Notes under the pieces: model-generated
The model's input: only the letters and a program-made list of their open reading frames with translations
Databases searched by the model: none
Told to the model about the DNA's origin: nothing
Part shown: piece by piece, positions 1-10,178 of the stretch
Numbering within the stretch: the first letter of the stretch is position 1
How the letters are laid out: each line of letters starts with the position of its first letter
DNA from: Spirochaetota bacterium
GTDB taxonomy: Bacteria; Spirochaetota; GWE2-31-10; MWDO01
Reading direction: 5' to 3'
Assembly (NCBI GenBank): GCA_031549085.1
Contig: JAVBQL010000001.1
Span: forward strand, 119,486-183,485
Length of the DNA: 64,000 nucleotides
Made by a program: the position numbers and the translations under genes

Positions 1-1000
1 ATCTATAATAGTACCAGTTATCAATAGCAGCACCAACAATAGCAAATCCATCTTTGAAAGGGCCTATATCAGTATATTTTGGCTTAACAATCTCACGACC
101 TTTTTTGTCTATAAGTCCATAAATAGAAAATTCCAATATAAAGCCAGTATACATTTTAGTTTTTACAAAGCCGTCATCAAAATCATATATATAATCATAT
201 TTTGGAGGAATAAATTGCTTTCCACTCTTATCAATAAGACCATATTTGCCATTAAGTGTTACTTTCTTAAAGCCCGCCTCATCAAAGTAGTCATAAACAG
301 CGTCATATTTTACACCATTTATAACCACTCCACTTAAATCTATTACAAACTTTTGATCTCTATAAATATTATAATTTCCTACAATGTATTTTCTATTTTC
401 TTTAACCTCAAAAGAATCATATTCAGTTGCAACAACCTCAACTCCTTTTTCATTGATAAAACCCCAAAAAGGATTGTGAATTTGATATGCCCTCTCTACC
501 ATTGCAAAACCATTATAAAAATCTCCAATTCTAGTATATTTTGGTTCAAAAATTATTTTTCCATTTTTATCTTTAAGCCCATATCCCATTGAATATTTAT
601 CTTTTTGAAATCTTACAAAGCTATCATTGACTTCAGGATTGCCATATCGATCTTTTGTTGCCTTTCTATCATTCTCATCAATATAGAACCACTCATCTTT
701 AAATTTTACATAGGCAAAACCATCATTAAAATTCTTAACTTCATCATATTTAAAAGGGATAATGACCTTCCCATTTTTGCCAATAAAGCCCCACTTGCCA
801 TAGAATTTTACGGCAGCGAGACCATAACTAAAATCACTGGCCTCATCATATTTAAAGGGGATAACAACTTTGTTGTTGCTATCAACATAGCCCCACTTTG
901 AGTTCTCTTTTTTGGGAGTTAATTCATTACTCTCCTCACTACTATTTAAGATGGCAGTGGTAAAAAAAAGAAAAAGTGATAGGCAGATAATTTTTCTCAT
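1..1000 (-). CDS. WG (KWG Leptospira-type) repeat-containing exported protein, 3' end truncated by the window edge
   Basis: Not in the ORF track. Manual translation from ATG at 1000 gives MRKIICLSLFLFFTTAILNS (signal-peptide-like). Repeats follow: KWGYVDSNNKVVIPFKYD, KWGFIGKNGKVIIPFKYD, FWGFINEKGVEVVATEYD, KYGLIDKSGKQFIPPKYD. The frame stays open to base 1. Confidence 0.9.
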   Translation of the reverse strand, partial: MRKIICLSLFLFFTTAILNSSEESNELTPKKENSKWGYVDSNNKVVIPFKYDEASDFSYGLAAVKFYGKWGFIGKNGKVIIPFKYDEVKNFNDGFAYVKFKDEWFYIDENDRKATKDRYGNPEVNDSFVRFQKDKYSMGYGLKDKNGKIIFEPKYTRIGDFYNGFAMVERAYQIHNPFWGFINEKGVEVVATEYDSFEVKENRKYIVGNYNIYRDQKFVIDLSGVVINGVKYDAVYDYFDEAGFKKVTLNGKYGLIDKSGKQFIPPKYDYIYDFDDGFVKTKMYTGFILEFSIYGLIDKKGREIVKPKYTDIGPFKDGFAIVGAAIDNWYYYR

Positions 1001-1104
1001 ATAGAATCTCTCTCTATAAAAAACATATTTAAAAAGCTATTTTACGATTTTGTTGATTGGGGTGTCAACTTAATTATGAAAATTGGATTTTAAACAAATA
1101 TATA

Positions 1105-1435
1105 GTTTTTTATATAACTCTGTTGTTATAAACATACTATTAATATCAAATTAGCAGTACAGTTATCTATTTAGTTTACTTGTCAGTAAGAAGGGATATA
1201 ATTAGCGAATGGTACTTAAAAAAGAAAAAAAAAGAAAAAGTAAAAATGTATAGGGCGGGATTTTATCCCCCCTATACATTTTTATTCTCTCTCTTTCTCT
1301 TTTTTTGAGTAGTGTTCGCTCGTTATATATCTATTTAATGATAAGTAATACAAAGGCTACAATTTTAACAACCCATTAACACTTGGATAGGATTAATTAT
1401 AATATAGAGTAATACAAAACCTTTTATAGCTATGA
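1105..1435. repeat. Family A foldback element, copy A1 (core palindrome about 1195-1331)
   Basis: Arms GCGAATGGTACTTAAAAAAGAAA...GTAAAAATGTATAGG and CCTATACATTTTTATTCTCTCTCTTTCTC...GAGTAGTGTTCGC surround a GGGAT-TTT-ATCCC tip. Flanks CTATTAATAT and TTGGATAGGATT are shared with the other copies. Confidence 0.9.
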
Positions 1436-1440
1436 GTATG

Positions 1441-2670
1441 CTATTTCTTCTTTCCAGCGTCCCGTTTAATTCTATCTGCAAGAGCAAGCAGGTCATCACC
1501 TTTCAATGCCCCGCCAATAAGCTCTGGCAATCTATTTGGTGTACAGGCAAAGCATGGAATACCAAGATTGCTAATCTTTTTCCCCAGCCTCTCATCATAG
1601 GCAGGTGTACCTCCGTCAGCCAAGGCAAGAAGCACCAAGACCGTCACACCTGACTCCCTCATCTCATCAAGCTGTCTTAAGAGGCCAGCCTCAACACCAC
1701 CCTCATAGAGATCTGATATAAGTATAAACATTGTCTTCTTTGGAGTCTTCACAAACTCACGACAATATTTGACTGATTTATTTATATCAGTTCCGCCTCC
1801 AAGCTGGACACCAAAGAGGATATCAACAGGATCAGTCCCGCAGGTCTCCGTTAGATCAACAACCTCTGTATCAAAAGCGACTATCCTTGTATCGATTGCT
1901 GGCATAGAGGCAAAGATTGAGCCCATAATTGATGAGTAGATAATACTATCAGCCATAGAGCCGCTCTGATCCATGTCGAGAATAATAGTCCACTCATTTG
2001 ACACACGCTTTCTCTCAAAAAAATAGAATTTTTCTGGGATAATACGTTTTTTATCTCTATCATAATTCTTTAAGTTTTTTTGGATTGTCTTTTTCCAGTC
2101 AGTGTTTGGCAGTGATGGAATCGGAGAGTGCCTCTTTCTGTTTAGAGCCCCTGTTACAGCCCTCTTTATGTCGTTCTCCATATACTGCATAATCTCATCA
2201 ACCAACGCCTGCACAATCTGTCTGGCCTGCTCTTTTGATTTCTTTGGTATATGTCCCTGAAGCGAGATGATGGTACTTACCATATTTATATCGGGCTTAA
2301 CATTAGCCAGTGTCTCCGGTTCAAAGAGAAGCTGTTTAAGCCCCTTCTTCTCTATTGCATCACTTTGGATAACACTTACCACATCTGTTGGAAAGTAGGT
2401 TCTGATATCAGCAAGCCACTTGGCAATATTTGGATATGATGGACCAAGCCCCGCACTTCGCCCTTGAGACTTTCCATCATCCATTGTATTATCATAGATA
2501 GCCGCCAACGCTTCATCCATAATAGAATCACTCTCACCAAGCAGACTTGCTCCACCGCACATAGAAGAGAGCTTCTCCTCTGAAGATTTTCCAAGGATCA
2601 GTCGCCATCTTTTTAAGCGAATACTGTTATCCTGTGCTGCATTTTTCTCATCTAATCTATTATCACTCAT
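1441..2670 (-). CDS. VWA domain protein (YehP/CoxE-like)
   Basis: RLKRWRLILG N-terminus; MIDAS DMDQSGSM, GGGTDI and LISDLYEG; last gene of the AAA operon. Confidence 0.9.
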   Translation of the reverse strand: MSDNRLDEKNAAQDNSIRLKRWRLILGKSSEEKLSSMCGGASLLGESDSIMDEALAAIYDNTMDDGKSQGRSAGLGPSYPNIAKWLADIRTYFPTDVVSVIQSDAIEKKGLKQLLFEPETLANVKPDINMVSTIISLQGHIPKKSKEQARQIVQALVDEIMQYMENDIKRAVTGALNRKRHSPIPSLPNTDWKKTIQKNLKNYDRDKKRIIPEKFYFFERKRVSNEWTIILDMDQSGSMADSIIYSSIMGSIFASMPAIDTRIVAFDTEVVDLTETCGTDPVDILFGVQLGGGTDINKSVKYCREFVKTPKKTMFILISDLYEGGVEAGLLRQLDEMRESGVTVLVLLALADGGTPAYDERLGKKISNLGIPCFACTPNRLPELIGGALKGDDLLALADRIKRDAGKKK

Positions 2671-5033
2671 ATAGAATCTCCAAAATCAAAGTCATTCAAG
2701 TCATCAAGAACCGACTCCTCCTCTTTTGTAAGCTCCTCTTGTAGAAACTCTGCGGCACTGTTTGAGTCAACTCCCCATAACTCCGCAAGTATTTCACAGA
2801 TACCGCTCTTCTCTGATGGTTCGAATGATGAGAAGGCACGTCTTAAACTTACAAGGGCGTGAGAGAACTCCTCATCATCAAGTATATTAAGATAGCCATC
2901 AAGCTCCCTCCATAGTGCAGCCCGTGACAAGAGGACATATCTGTTTCTTTTGCTTAGTCCCTCAAACCATAACGCCCCAGCCTCTGGCGTGTTCCCTTTT
3001 GAGAGGTGTCTTGAGACCTCCGTTGAGAGATCATTCTCTGTAACTTGATTTCTCTCAAGCAAAATAGAGAATGCAAATCCACAGAGGAGCGGATTTTTCT
3101 CATCAGACTTTGCAAGCGTAGTTAGCTCCTTAAGCCATATCTCATCGTTTACAATATCATAGTTCTCCTGTGATATATGGTGCATATTTGCAATGTCAGA
3201 AGCCATCTCTTTCGCCGCACTCTCATTGCATGATGATGCGGAGAGAAGCAGAAGCGACGCCTTTAGAAAGAGCTCTTTAAGTATAGGGATAACAAGCTTT
3301 GTATCAAACTTGCGGATAGTTCCATACTGAACGAGAAATGAGATCTCCCTTGCAGCCTTTGCTGAGTCGGAAAAGCTCTCAGAATCGGAGGCTAAAGACT
3401 GAAGCTTCTTAACAGCATCATGGATAGAGTCTGGAAGCTTGCACTCGCAGGCCTTTCTAACAAGTGAAGCGACCTCTATTACATCGTTGCTCTTTTCAAG
3501 CCTCTCCTTAAGTGCATATGCAGAGGCAGCCTCAATTGAGTCCCCATATAGCACAGACTCAACAAGCTCAATCTCAACCTCTGGTGTCCAGCACAAAATC
3601 CAATTTTCTGCCCATGAAGCACCCTCTCTCTTTCCAGCAGGCTTACCAAAATTTATATTAAGAAGTGTAAGTCTATTTAAAAATATCGACCGATCCAAAT
3701 CAAGAAAGGCGGCCTCATCACTCTGCACCCTTCTATTTTCGCGAAGGTCAAGAACCAGTGTCTCGGCAACAGTAGTCTTATATTTTGTTAACTTAAGCCT
3801 CTTAAGCTGGTAGTTCATATCGTCCTGTATAGGTGTTTGGCTTACTCCATCAGGAAGCGAGCCTATCCTTGTGCCAACATCAAGAGAGGCAAAGGCTGTT
3901 GCTGTCTCTGTTATAACTCCATTTCCCATTGTTGCAACGGCAGCATCATGCAAGTCTGAAAGTGTAGGTAAAATTCCGCCATGCAGATATTGAAGAGAGT
4001 TTGCAAGGCGAACCGCCTCTATAACGGTTGCAGTAGAGGCATAGCCATTCTTCTTTCGCAAAAGCTGATTAAGTTCTGAGAGATACTTTGATGGCAATGT
4101 TGAAAGGTTATCCCTCTCCATTGCATTAAACATCATCTCATAGTAGTATGGTGCATGGTTTCCAGCCCCATAGCCCGAGTGGGTGGAGAGCTTGTAATAT
4201 GAGTAGGGCATCAGTGTCATCTTCGTCTCTGCCTTTGGAAGCCCTTTTATCTCGCCATCACTCATAGGCTCATTTTCCATTAAGCCCTTAACATGGTATG
4301 CCCCTGTTATCACAACGATCTTCTCCGGAGCAAACCCCTCCTTGATGGCTTCTTTTATCTGCCGTTTCATATAGGCCTCCCTTAAGGTATTTATAGAGGA
4401 GCTTAGCGAGTCTGCCTCTCTCTCCTCATCCTCTGTAAGAAGCCTCATCTCTTTTGAGTGTGTTGCAACGCCATTCATATAGACATCTGTTGTAAGGTTA
4501 TGTTCAAAGTGGCGCTCCCAATAGGTATCATAATCTGTCTCCCCGCCAATTTTAGCTATTTTTTCATAGAGGTTATTACTATACTTATAGTATTCAATTC
4601 GCTTTTCAATCTCTTCTGGGAGCTCCTCCGTTTCACTTTCAAGTGCCTCATTTTTCAAATTGTTATGTTTTACGCGCTCCCTCTCCTGAAATCTATAGAG
4701 CGGCGCCTTTACATATGAGGGAAGATCTATAAAACGACAAATCTTTTTCTTCTTATTTGCCCAAAGAAGCGCCTGATACTCAGGTGAGTATAGTGCAAGA
4801 GGGTAGACTATTGAGTAGGCTGGTATCTCTGTGGTATAGCACAACACTGCTATTGGAGGCTTAACCCCACTCTTTGCAATATCGTTTATAAGAGCTGTTG
4901 TGTCTGAAGGCATCTCAATCAAAACGCAATCAGGCTTCACACTCTCCAAAAACCTCTTTATATGCCAAGCCCCAGCGGCAGAGAGGTGCCTAATACCAAA
5001 TAGCTTTACACCCTCTTTTGTAGTCCACTCCAT
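2667..5033 (-). CDS. DUF5682 / YehM-like protein
   Basis: GIRHLS, VLIEMP, YSPEYQAL, VVITGAYH and YGAG motifs. Start set at ATG 5033 (MEWTTKEG); ATG 5084 is an alternative that overlaps the upstream gene. 4-nt overlap with the VWA gene. Confidence 0.85.
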   Translation of the reverse strand: MEWTTKEGVKLFGIRHLSAAGAWHIKRFLESVKPDCVLIEMPSDTTALINDIAKSGVKPPIAVLCYTTEIPAYSIVYPLALYSPEYQALLWANKKKKICRFIDLPSYVKAPLYRFQERERVKHNNLKNEALESETEELPEEIEKRIEYYKYSNNLYEKIAKIGGETDYDTYWERHFEHNLTTDVYMNGVATHSKEMRLLTEDEEREADSLSSSINTLREAYMKRQIKEAIKEGFAPEKIVVITGAYHVKGLMENEPMSDGEIKGLPKAETKMTLMPYSYYKLSTHSGYGAGNHAPYYYEMMFNAMERDNLSTLPSKYLSELNQLLRKKNGYASTATVIEAVRLANSLQYLHGGILPTLSDLHDAAVATMGNGVITETATAFASLDVGTRIGSLPDGVSQTPIQDDMNYQLKRLKLTKYKTTVAETLVLDLRENRRVQSDEAAFLDLDRSIFLNRLTLLNINFGKPAGKREGASWAENWILCWTPEVEIELVESVLYGDSIEAASAYALKERLEKSNDVIEVASLVRKACECKLPDSIHDAVKKLQSLASDSESFSDSAKAAREISFLVQYGTIRKFDTKLVIPILKELFLKASLLLLSASSCNESAAKEMASDIANMHHISQENYDIVNDEIWLKELTTLAKSDEKNPLLCGFAFSILLERNQVTENDLSTEVSRHLSKGNTPEAGALWFEGLSKRNRYVLLSRAALWRELDGYLNILDDEEFSHALVSLRRAFSSFEPSEKSGICEILAELWGVDSNSAAEFLQEELTKEEESVLDDLNDFDFGDSI

Positions 5034-5044
5034 AGAGGATGTCT

Positions 5045-6142
5045 CTAGACCATCTCCCTGCATGCTTTGTATAGCCCCTGCCATGACAATCCTCTCTTTT
5101 TCATAATATTTTCAAGATACTCTATCCAAGCAGCTCTATCTTTATCCTCATCTTTTATAACTGCCCCAAGTAGTCCCGCTGCAATATCATTTTCACTGAC
5201 ACTTCCGTCTCCAAAAGATGAGGAGAGTGCCATCGCATTTGTTAGCAGTGATATCGCCTCGGCAGTTGATACAACTCCGCTTGGACTCTTAATCTTCTGC
5301 TTTGCATCGAGTGTCTGTCCGCTTCTAAGCTCTCTAAATATTGTAACAACTCTTGTTATTGCATCATCATGCGGCATCTTTGATGTTATCTCATAGTTGG
5401 ATGAAATCTCAGCAACACGCTTCCTAACAATCTCAATTTCTGTCTCAATATTTGCAGGAGAGGGAAGAACAACGATATTAAACCGTCTCTTTAGGGCAGC
5501 TGACATATCATTTACACCCTTGTCCCTAGTGTTTGCTGTTGCAATTATAGAGAATCCCCTTTGGGCAGAGACCTCTCTTGAGAGCTCATTAACAGCGATT
5601 GTCTTCTCTGACAAAATTGATATCAAGGCATCCTGAACCTCAGACTGACACCTTGATATCTCCTCAATTCTAGCAATTCCGCCAGCCTCCATAGCAATCA
5701 TAACAGGGCTCTTTATCAGTGCCTTGTCAGATGGGCCCTCTGCCAAGAGGAGTGCATAGTTCCATGAGTAGCGGATCTGCTCCTCACTTGTCCCCGCAGT
5801 ACCCTGAACAACTTTGGTAGAGTCTCCATAGATTGCAGCAGAGAGATTTTCCGAAAGCCAAGATTTTGCTGTACCGGGCTCCCCAATAAGAAGAAGTGCT
5901 CTGTCTGTGAGGAGTGTCGCAATTGCAACCTCAACAAGTCTGTCATTACCTATATATTTTGGAATGATATCAACTCCGCCTGCCTTTCCGCCAACAATAA
6001 ATTTTCTAACCTGCATAGGAGACATCTGCCACCCTGTTGGAATATCCCCCTTATCCTCACTTTTTAGTGCTTCAATCTCATGAGCATAGAGCTTCTCTGC
6101 TGGAAGTCTTAGAATCTCACTCTTTGACTCTTTTTTAGCCAT
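5045..6142 (-). CDS. MoxR-type AAA+ ATPase, YehL-like
   Basis: Walker A GEPGTAKS, Walker B-like IEEISR, IIATANTRDKGVNDMSAALKRRF. Confidence 0.92.
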   Translation of the reverse strand: MAKKESKSEILRLPAEKLYAHEIEALKSEDKGDIPTGWQMSPMQVRKFIVGGKAGGVDIIPKYIGNDRLVEVAIATLLTDRALLLIGEPGTAKSWLSENLSAAIYGDSTKVVQGTAGTSEEQIRYSWNYALLLAEGPSDKALIKSPVMIAMEAGGIARIEEISRCQSEVQDALISILSEKTIAVNELSREVSAQRGFSIIATANTRDKGVNDMSAALKRRFNIVVLPSPANIETEIEIVRKRVAEISSNYEITSKMPHDDAITRVVTIFRELRSGQTLDAKQKIKSPSGVVSTAEAISLLTNAMALSSSFGDGSVSENDIAAGLLGAVIKDEDKDRAAWIEYLENIMKKRGLSWQGLYKACREMV

Positions 6143-6182
6143 TTTATCTCCTTAATTTGTTTTTATCCTTTATTCTACCATC

Positions 6183-6215
6183 ACCCCTACCCTCTTCCTT
6201 CAAAGGAAGAGGGAG
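6183..6215. repeat. Family C short hairpin
   Basis: CACCCCTA leader, then CCCTCTTCCTT-CA-AAGGAAGAGGG; TTCAAA at the tip as in other copies. Confidence 0.7.
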
Positions 6216-6330
6216 ATAATAAAAATTTTGATTAAATTAACATTAAATATATATAATGGTTTTACATAGGGTATTTAAGTCAATTTTTGTTAACAACACA
6301 AGCGATAAAAAAAATCTTCACTATTAAAAG

Positions 6331-6407
6331 GGGGCATACAACGTAAGATAAGTCGATTCTATTGTACAAGTAAGATAGAATCTTTGTTATCTTACGTTGT
6401 ATGCCCC
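6331..6407. repeat. Family B nested hairpin, copy B1
   Basis: Perfect 21-bp stem GGGGCATACAACGTAAGATAA/TTATCTTACGTTGTATGCCCC, internal loop GTC/TTTG, inner stem GATTCTAT/ATAGAATC. Confidence 0.85.
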
Positions 6408-6432
6408 TTATCGCCATTAAATCCTAAACAAC

Positions 6433-8118
6433 CTAATTTGTATTATATTTTATAATCTTATCAAGAGACTCCTTTGTTTTTTCATCACTTTCATCTTCAT
6501 ATGCTTTCTTAAAGGCATCCATAAGCTTCTCATTAAACTTGATCATCTCAAGATCTTCACTTGGATATCCTACCTTAAGAAATTGAACAAAATATTTTTC
6601 TGAATCTCTATGGCCAATTTTTAGAGCTGTCTCCAGCACCTCTGCATAAAATGGAGGCTTATATTTCTTTGAGACCTCTTTAAGAGAAAGCTCTAAGATC
6701 TTGTTCCATGTCTTCTCATCATCATCATAGACAAAACTGTATGCAACATTTGCATTTTTTTTGTCTGCAAAAAATTCACCCCATCTTCTATCCCACTTTT
6801 TTTCGCTATCAGGGATTCTCTTATCCCTATTATAATAGTAGCTATACATATCATAGGCCTGATAGAGAGCATTTGACAAATGGTAGTCCTGCTTAAAATT
6901 ACCGCTAAGCTCCTTGTAAATATCTTCAGGAGGCAAAATTCTTACTCCAACAAGAGCTTTATAGTGTATAAGATCACTATTATTCTTTGATATTTCATAG
7001 AGAGCTCTATCCTTTTTATCACTTTTGCTATCATAAAGAATACGAACAATGTCATAAAGATCAAGCGAATAGCTATAATCACTAAAGAACTTTTTATTGG
7101 ACATAATTTTAGTTATTAAATCAATGCCCTCATCTTCGTTGCGTGAAGCAGCAGCACTTAGAAGCACCTTAAGCTTGCTTGACTTCTTGTTTGGATCATC
7201 AAGAGCCTTGTTTATCTCCTCATAAACTTTCTTAATTATTCTTTCATCATCTGTCTCAACAAGAAATTCTGCAATATCGCCAAGGGTTGCTTTTTCCAAA
7301 GCAGCAAGAGCAATATCATTTCCTTTCTGAGATTTCATCTTGCCAAGAGCCGCAAAGGCAGCCTGTCTAATCTCTTTCTTTTTATCCTTGGCATATTGAA
7401 GAAGCAGATCTTCATACTTTGGATCCTCACCCAAGCTATATATAGCCTCCACAAGAACCAGTGGAGAGCCCTCCTCAAAGACCTTCATTGATAGGGGTAT
7501 TATATCTTTGCCCTTTAGAGAGTATAGAACCTTGAATAGTCTTGCATCTCTCTTTGTTCCGTTTATATTCAAAGCCTCCTCAATAAAAGGAATCATCTCC
7601 TTGCCAATTGCTGGGACTATTGTCTCTGCAACATAGTTTGAAATATATGAACGATTTTCAGTAATCGCCTCACAGTAGTATGGATACAATCTTGGGTCAT
7701 TATAGAGATTTCTCTTGAATAGATCCTCAATTTCGGTCTCATGAGTCTGTGTGCCCGATGTCAAAAGTTCAACAAGTCTATACAAGCTTGAGTATGGAAT
7801 CCTATTTACAGAGAGGGGTCTATCTTTGTACTCTAGCTCCTTAACCTCCTCATCAGCATCAGTTCGCCCCTGCGTGTAGATGAGAGAGTAGAGAAGCATC
7901 CCTGCCTCCATCAAGTTTTCTGGAGACTTTTTATCATCTCCCTCTGTAAGCTCTGTAAGTTTTGAGGCTAAAGAGTTAAAAACAGGTGCCTTTTCGCCAA
8001 GCTTCTTAAGCGGAGCTATATATTTAACAACCCTTGGATCTCCTTTTGAGAGAGAACTTCCAGCCACATACAATCTTTTAAGCTCTTCATTTAATTCATT
8101 TAAAATAGGTATACCCAT
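6433..8118 (-). CDS. HEAT-repeat domain protein
   Basis: Alpha-helical repeats such as VLVEAIYSLGE and IRQAAFAALGKM; lies between the SWIM and AAA genes. Confidence 0.8.
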   Translation of the reverse strand: MGIPILNELNEELKRLYVAGSSLSKGDPRVVKYIAPLKKLGEKAPVFNSLASKLTELTEGDDKKSPENLMEAGMLLYSLIYTQGRTDADEEVKELEYKDRPLSVNRIPYSSLYRLVELLTSGTQTHETEIEDLFKRNLYNDPRLYPYYCEAITENRSYISNYVAETIVPAIGKEMIPFIEEALNINGTKRDARLFKVLYSLKGKDIIPLSMKVFEEGSPLVLVEAIYSLGEDPKYEDLLLQYAKDKKKEIRQAAFAALGKMKSQKGNDIALAALEKATLGDIAEFLVETDDERIIKKVYEEINKALDDPNKKSSKLKVLLSAAASRNEDEGIDLITKIMSNKKFFSDYSYSLDLYDIVRILYDSKSDKKDRALYEISKNNSDLIHYKALVGVRILPPEDIYKELSGNFKQDYHLSNALYQAYDMYSYYYNRDKRIPDSEKKWDRRWGEFFADKKNANVAYSFVYDDDEKTWNKILELSLKEVSKKYKPPFYAEVLETALKIGHRDSEKYFVQFLKVGYPSEDLEMIKFNEKLMDAFKKAYEDESDEKTKESLDKIIKYNTN

Positions 8119-8134
8119 AATATTCTCTCCTTAA

Positions 8135-9592
8135 TTAATAGTTAAATCTTATAATTCCATCATCATTGACAAGAGCCATAGGGACAGCATAGAGTAGATC
8201 TGTCTTCATATCTTGAGTAAATCTGCAAATCATAGTCTGTCCAACAATCTGCTCTTTTGAGAGCTTTTTAATAAGAAAACCAAAGTTCTCAGGCTTCAAG
8301 ACAATCTGTGTCCCCTTCTCATCATAGATAACTAAAAAATCTTTACCTGATGCAGCTTTGCTTACAACAACAGCCGCAATTGGATTTTTGTCAGAGAGAG
8401 GATTCTTTATTTGTGCTTTGATTTTTTTGATAAGATCGGCAAAATCGGTTTTTCCAGCCTTTTTTGCTTTGGCTAAATCGCCCTTTGTTACATCTCTATG
8501 GTCAAACCTCTCCCATCTAACCCTTGGGTTTAGCTCGCCCGGGTATATAGAGAGTTCGCTTGTTGTAAGAAGTGAGAAGAAGCTATCCTCCTGCTTTATA
8601 TACTTCAAAGCATTATATGGGCGGAAATTTTTTGTAAGATAGATGTTTCCGCTCTCAAGCTCTATCCAGCAACCCTCATCAACATACTGCTTTTTTGCAC
8701 TATCATCATAGGAGTCAAAACTGACCTGAAGCAGTTCAGCATTCTCTTTAAATAGCCCCCTCTCTTTAAGTTCAGAGAGTTTCCACGCATAGCCAATCTG
8801 CTCCTCTATTGCGGAGTGGAGCATTGCATCAAGAGAGGTGGTTGTCATCTCAGGGAAAGCAAGATAATCATTTTTCTTTGCCTCAAGATATGCTTTGCTC
8901 TTTTTAAGAAGAGCATATATATAGTTTACACTATCAATTGCAGAACCATAGTGCTGCTCTTTGCTTGCCTCTGTTATTTCAGAAAAGAGCTCATAAAATG
9001 AGGCCTCAATTCCATCAATATAGTAGCTTCCAAGCCCCTTTACCTGCTCTCTATATATCTTCTCATTTTTTTTATCAAAACTATGGAGACCTGCTGATAT
9101 TATATTATGAAGAATCTTTTCGGAAAGCTCAATTCCCTCAATTTGTGCGCTGCACTTTTTTGCGGCAGCTGTTGCCTTTGCTTTTGTCATAACTGAAGAT
9201 TTTGCTTCGCTGCCTTCACTATCATCGCCGCTTTTTTCGGCCCTATCCTTTTTCTTCTCTATCTTGCCCCTTTTTGATACTATATCTTCAGGCACCTCTT
9301 TTTTCTTGAACTCCTTTTTTTGAAGTTTACAGAATAGAAGACCAACAGCATGTTTACATGGAAGCTGTCTGCTTGGACAGTTACATCTTGCAATAGGTTT
9401 TTCGTTATCGATAAAGTCGACAGAGCAGACATATGGATCTTTTCCGCTTCCTGCACAGCTTCCAAAGAGCAGTGTCTCATCATCACTTATAAAGAGCTCT
9501 TTAAAGCTTCCTTTTGCAGCGAGGCTCTTGCCGTTTGAGACTGTTGATGGATTTCCAGTAAAACTAATGATGAAATCTTCACTTATATTCAT
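8135..9592 (-). CDS. SWIM zinc-finger protein (YehQ-like)
   Basis: CNCPSRQLPCKH matches the SWIM CxC...CxH motif; preceded by GSCAGSGKDPY; first gene of the operon. Confidence 0.9.
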   Translation of the reverse strand: MNISEDFIISFTGNPSTVSNGKSLAAKGSFKELFISDDETLLFGSCAGSGKDPYVCSVDFIDNEKPIARCNCPSRQLPCKHAVGLLFCKLQKKEFKKKEVPEDIVSKRGKIEKKKDRAEKSGDDSEGSEAKSSVMTKAKATAAAKKCSAQIEGIELSEKILHNIISAGLHSFDKKNEKIYREQVKGLGSYYIDGIEASFYELFSEITEASKEQHYGSAIDSVNYIYALLKKSKAYLEAKKNDYLAFPEMTTTSLDAMLHSAIEEQIGYAWKLSELKERGLFKENAELLQVSFDSYDDSAKKQYVDEGCWIELESGNIYLTKNFRPYNALKYIKQEDSFFSLLTTSELSIYPGELNPRVRWERFDHRDVTKGDLAKAKKAGKTDFADLIKKIKAQIKNPLSDKNPIAAVVVSKAASGKDFLVIYDEKGTQIVLKPENFGFLIKKLSKEQIVGQTMICRFTQDMKTDLLYAVPMALVNDDGIIRFNY

Positions 9593-9744
9593 GAATAGAG
9601 CTCCTTAAAAAGAAGAATATTAAAGAGATATTGTACGATTTTGTCAATTATGATGTCAATTAAATTTGGAAAAAAAGCTGATATTGGGAAAATATATCTA
9701 TTTTTGGTTATTTTTAGTAACATTTTGTCATTATATATGTATAT

Positions 9745-10075
9745 GGTTTTTTGTATAGTTCTGTTATCACAAATATACTATTAATATCAAACTAGCAGTA
9801 CAATTATCTGTCTAATTTACTTGTCAGTATGAAGATATAAAATGAGTAAATGCTACTCAAAAAAAAGAGAAAGAGAGAGAATAATTTTATATAGGTTGGG
9901 GTTATACCCCACCTATATAAAATTACTTTTTTTCTTTTTTCTTTCTTTTAAGTAACATTCGCTCGTTGTATATCCACTTAATGATATGGAAACCAGAAAA
10001 TAGGTACAAATCGCTTATTAAAGACTGGATAGGATTGTTTATAGTATAAAAGCTAAATAAAACCTTTTATGGTTA
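9745..10075. repeat. Family A foldback element, copy A2 (core about 9834-9974)
   Basis: Same flanks and orientation as A1 (ATACTATTAATATCAAA...TGGATAGGATT); tip GGGG-TTATA-CCCC. Confidence 0.9.
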
Positions 10076-10178
10076 TAAATTTACTATAATAATATAAAAA
10101 ATATAAAATTAAAAAAAGCTTTACAAAAAATTTTTAATAAATTAGCCTGCTTAAACAAACAATAAAGGACAGGCAAAT

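Noticed and set aside
353-901. Plus-strand ORFs 353-592 and 605-901, and the many other short ORFs lying antisense to or inside long genes
   Set aside because: They are shadows of well-supported genes on the opposite strand or frame, with no RBS or motif support.
6331-6407. Family B hairpins as integron attC sites
   Set aside because: They lack the RYYYAAC/GTTRRRY pairing next to the internal loop (AAG, TCA or AAA opposite GTT, GTG or GAT), no integrase is in the window, and the flanking genes include core genes.
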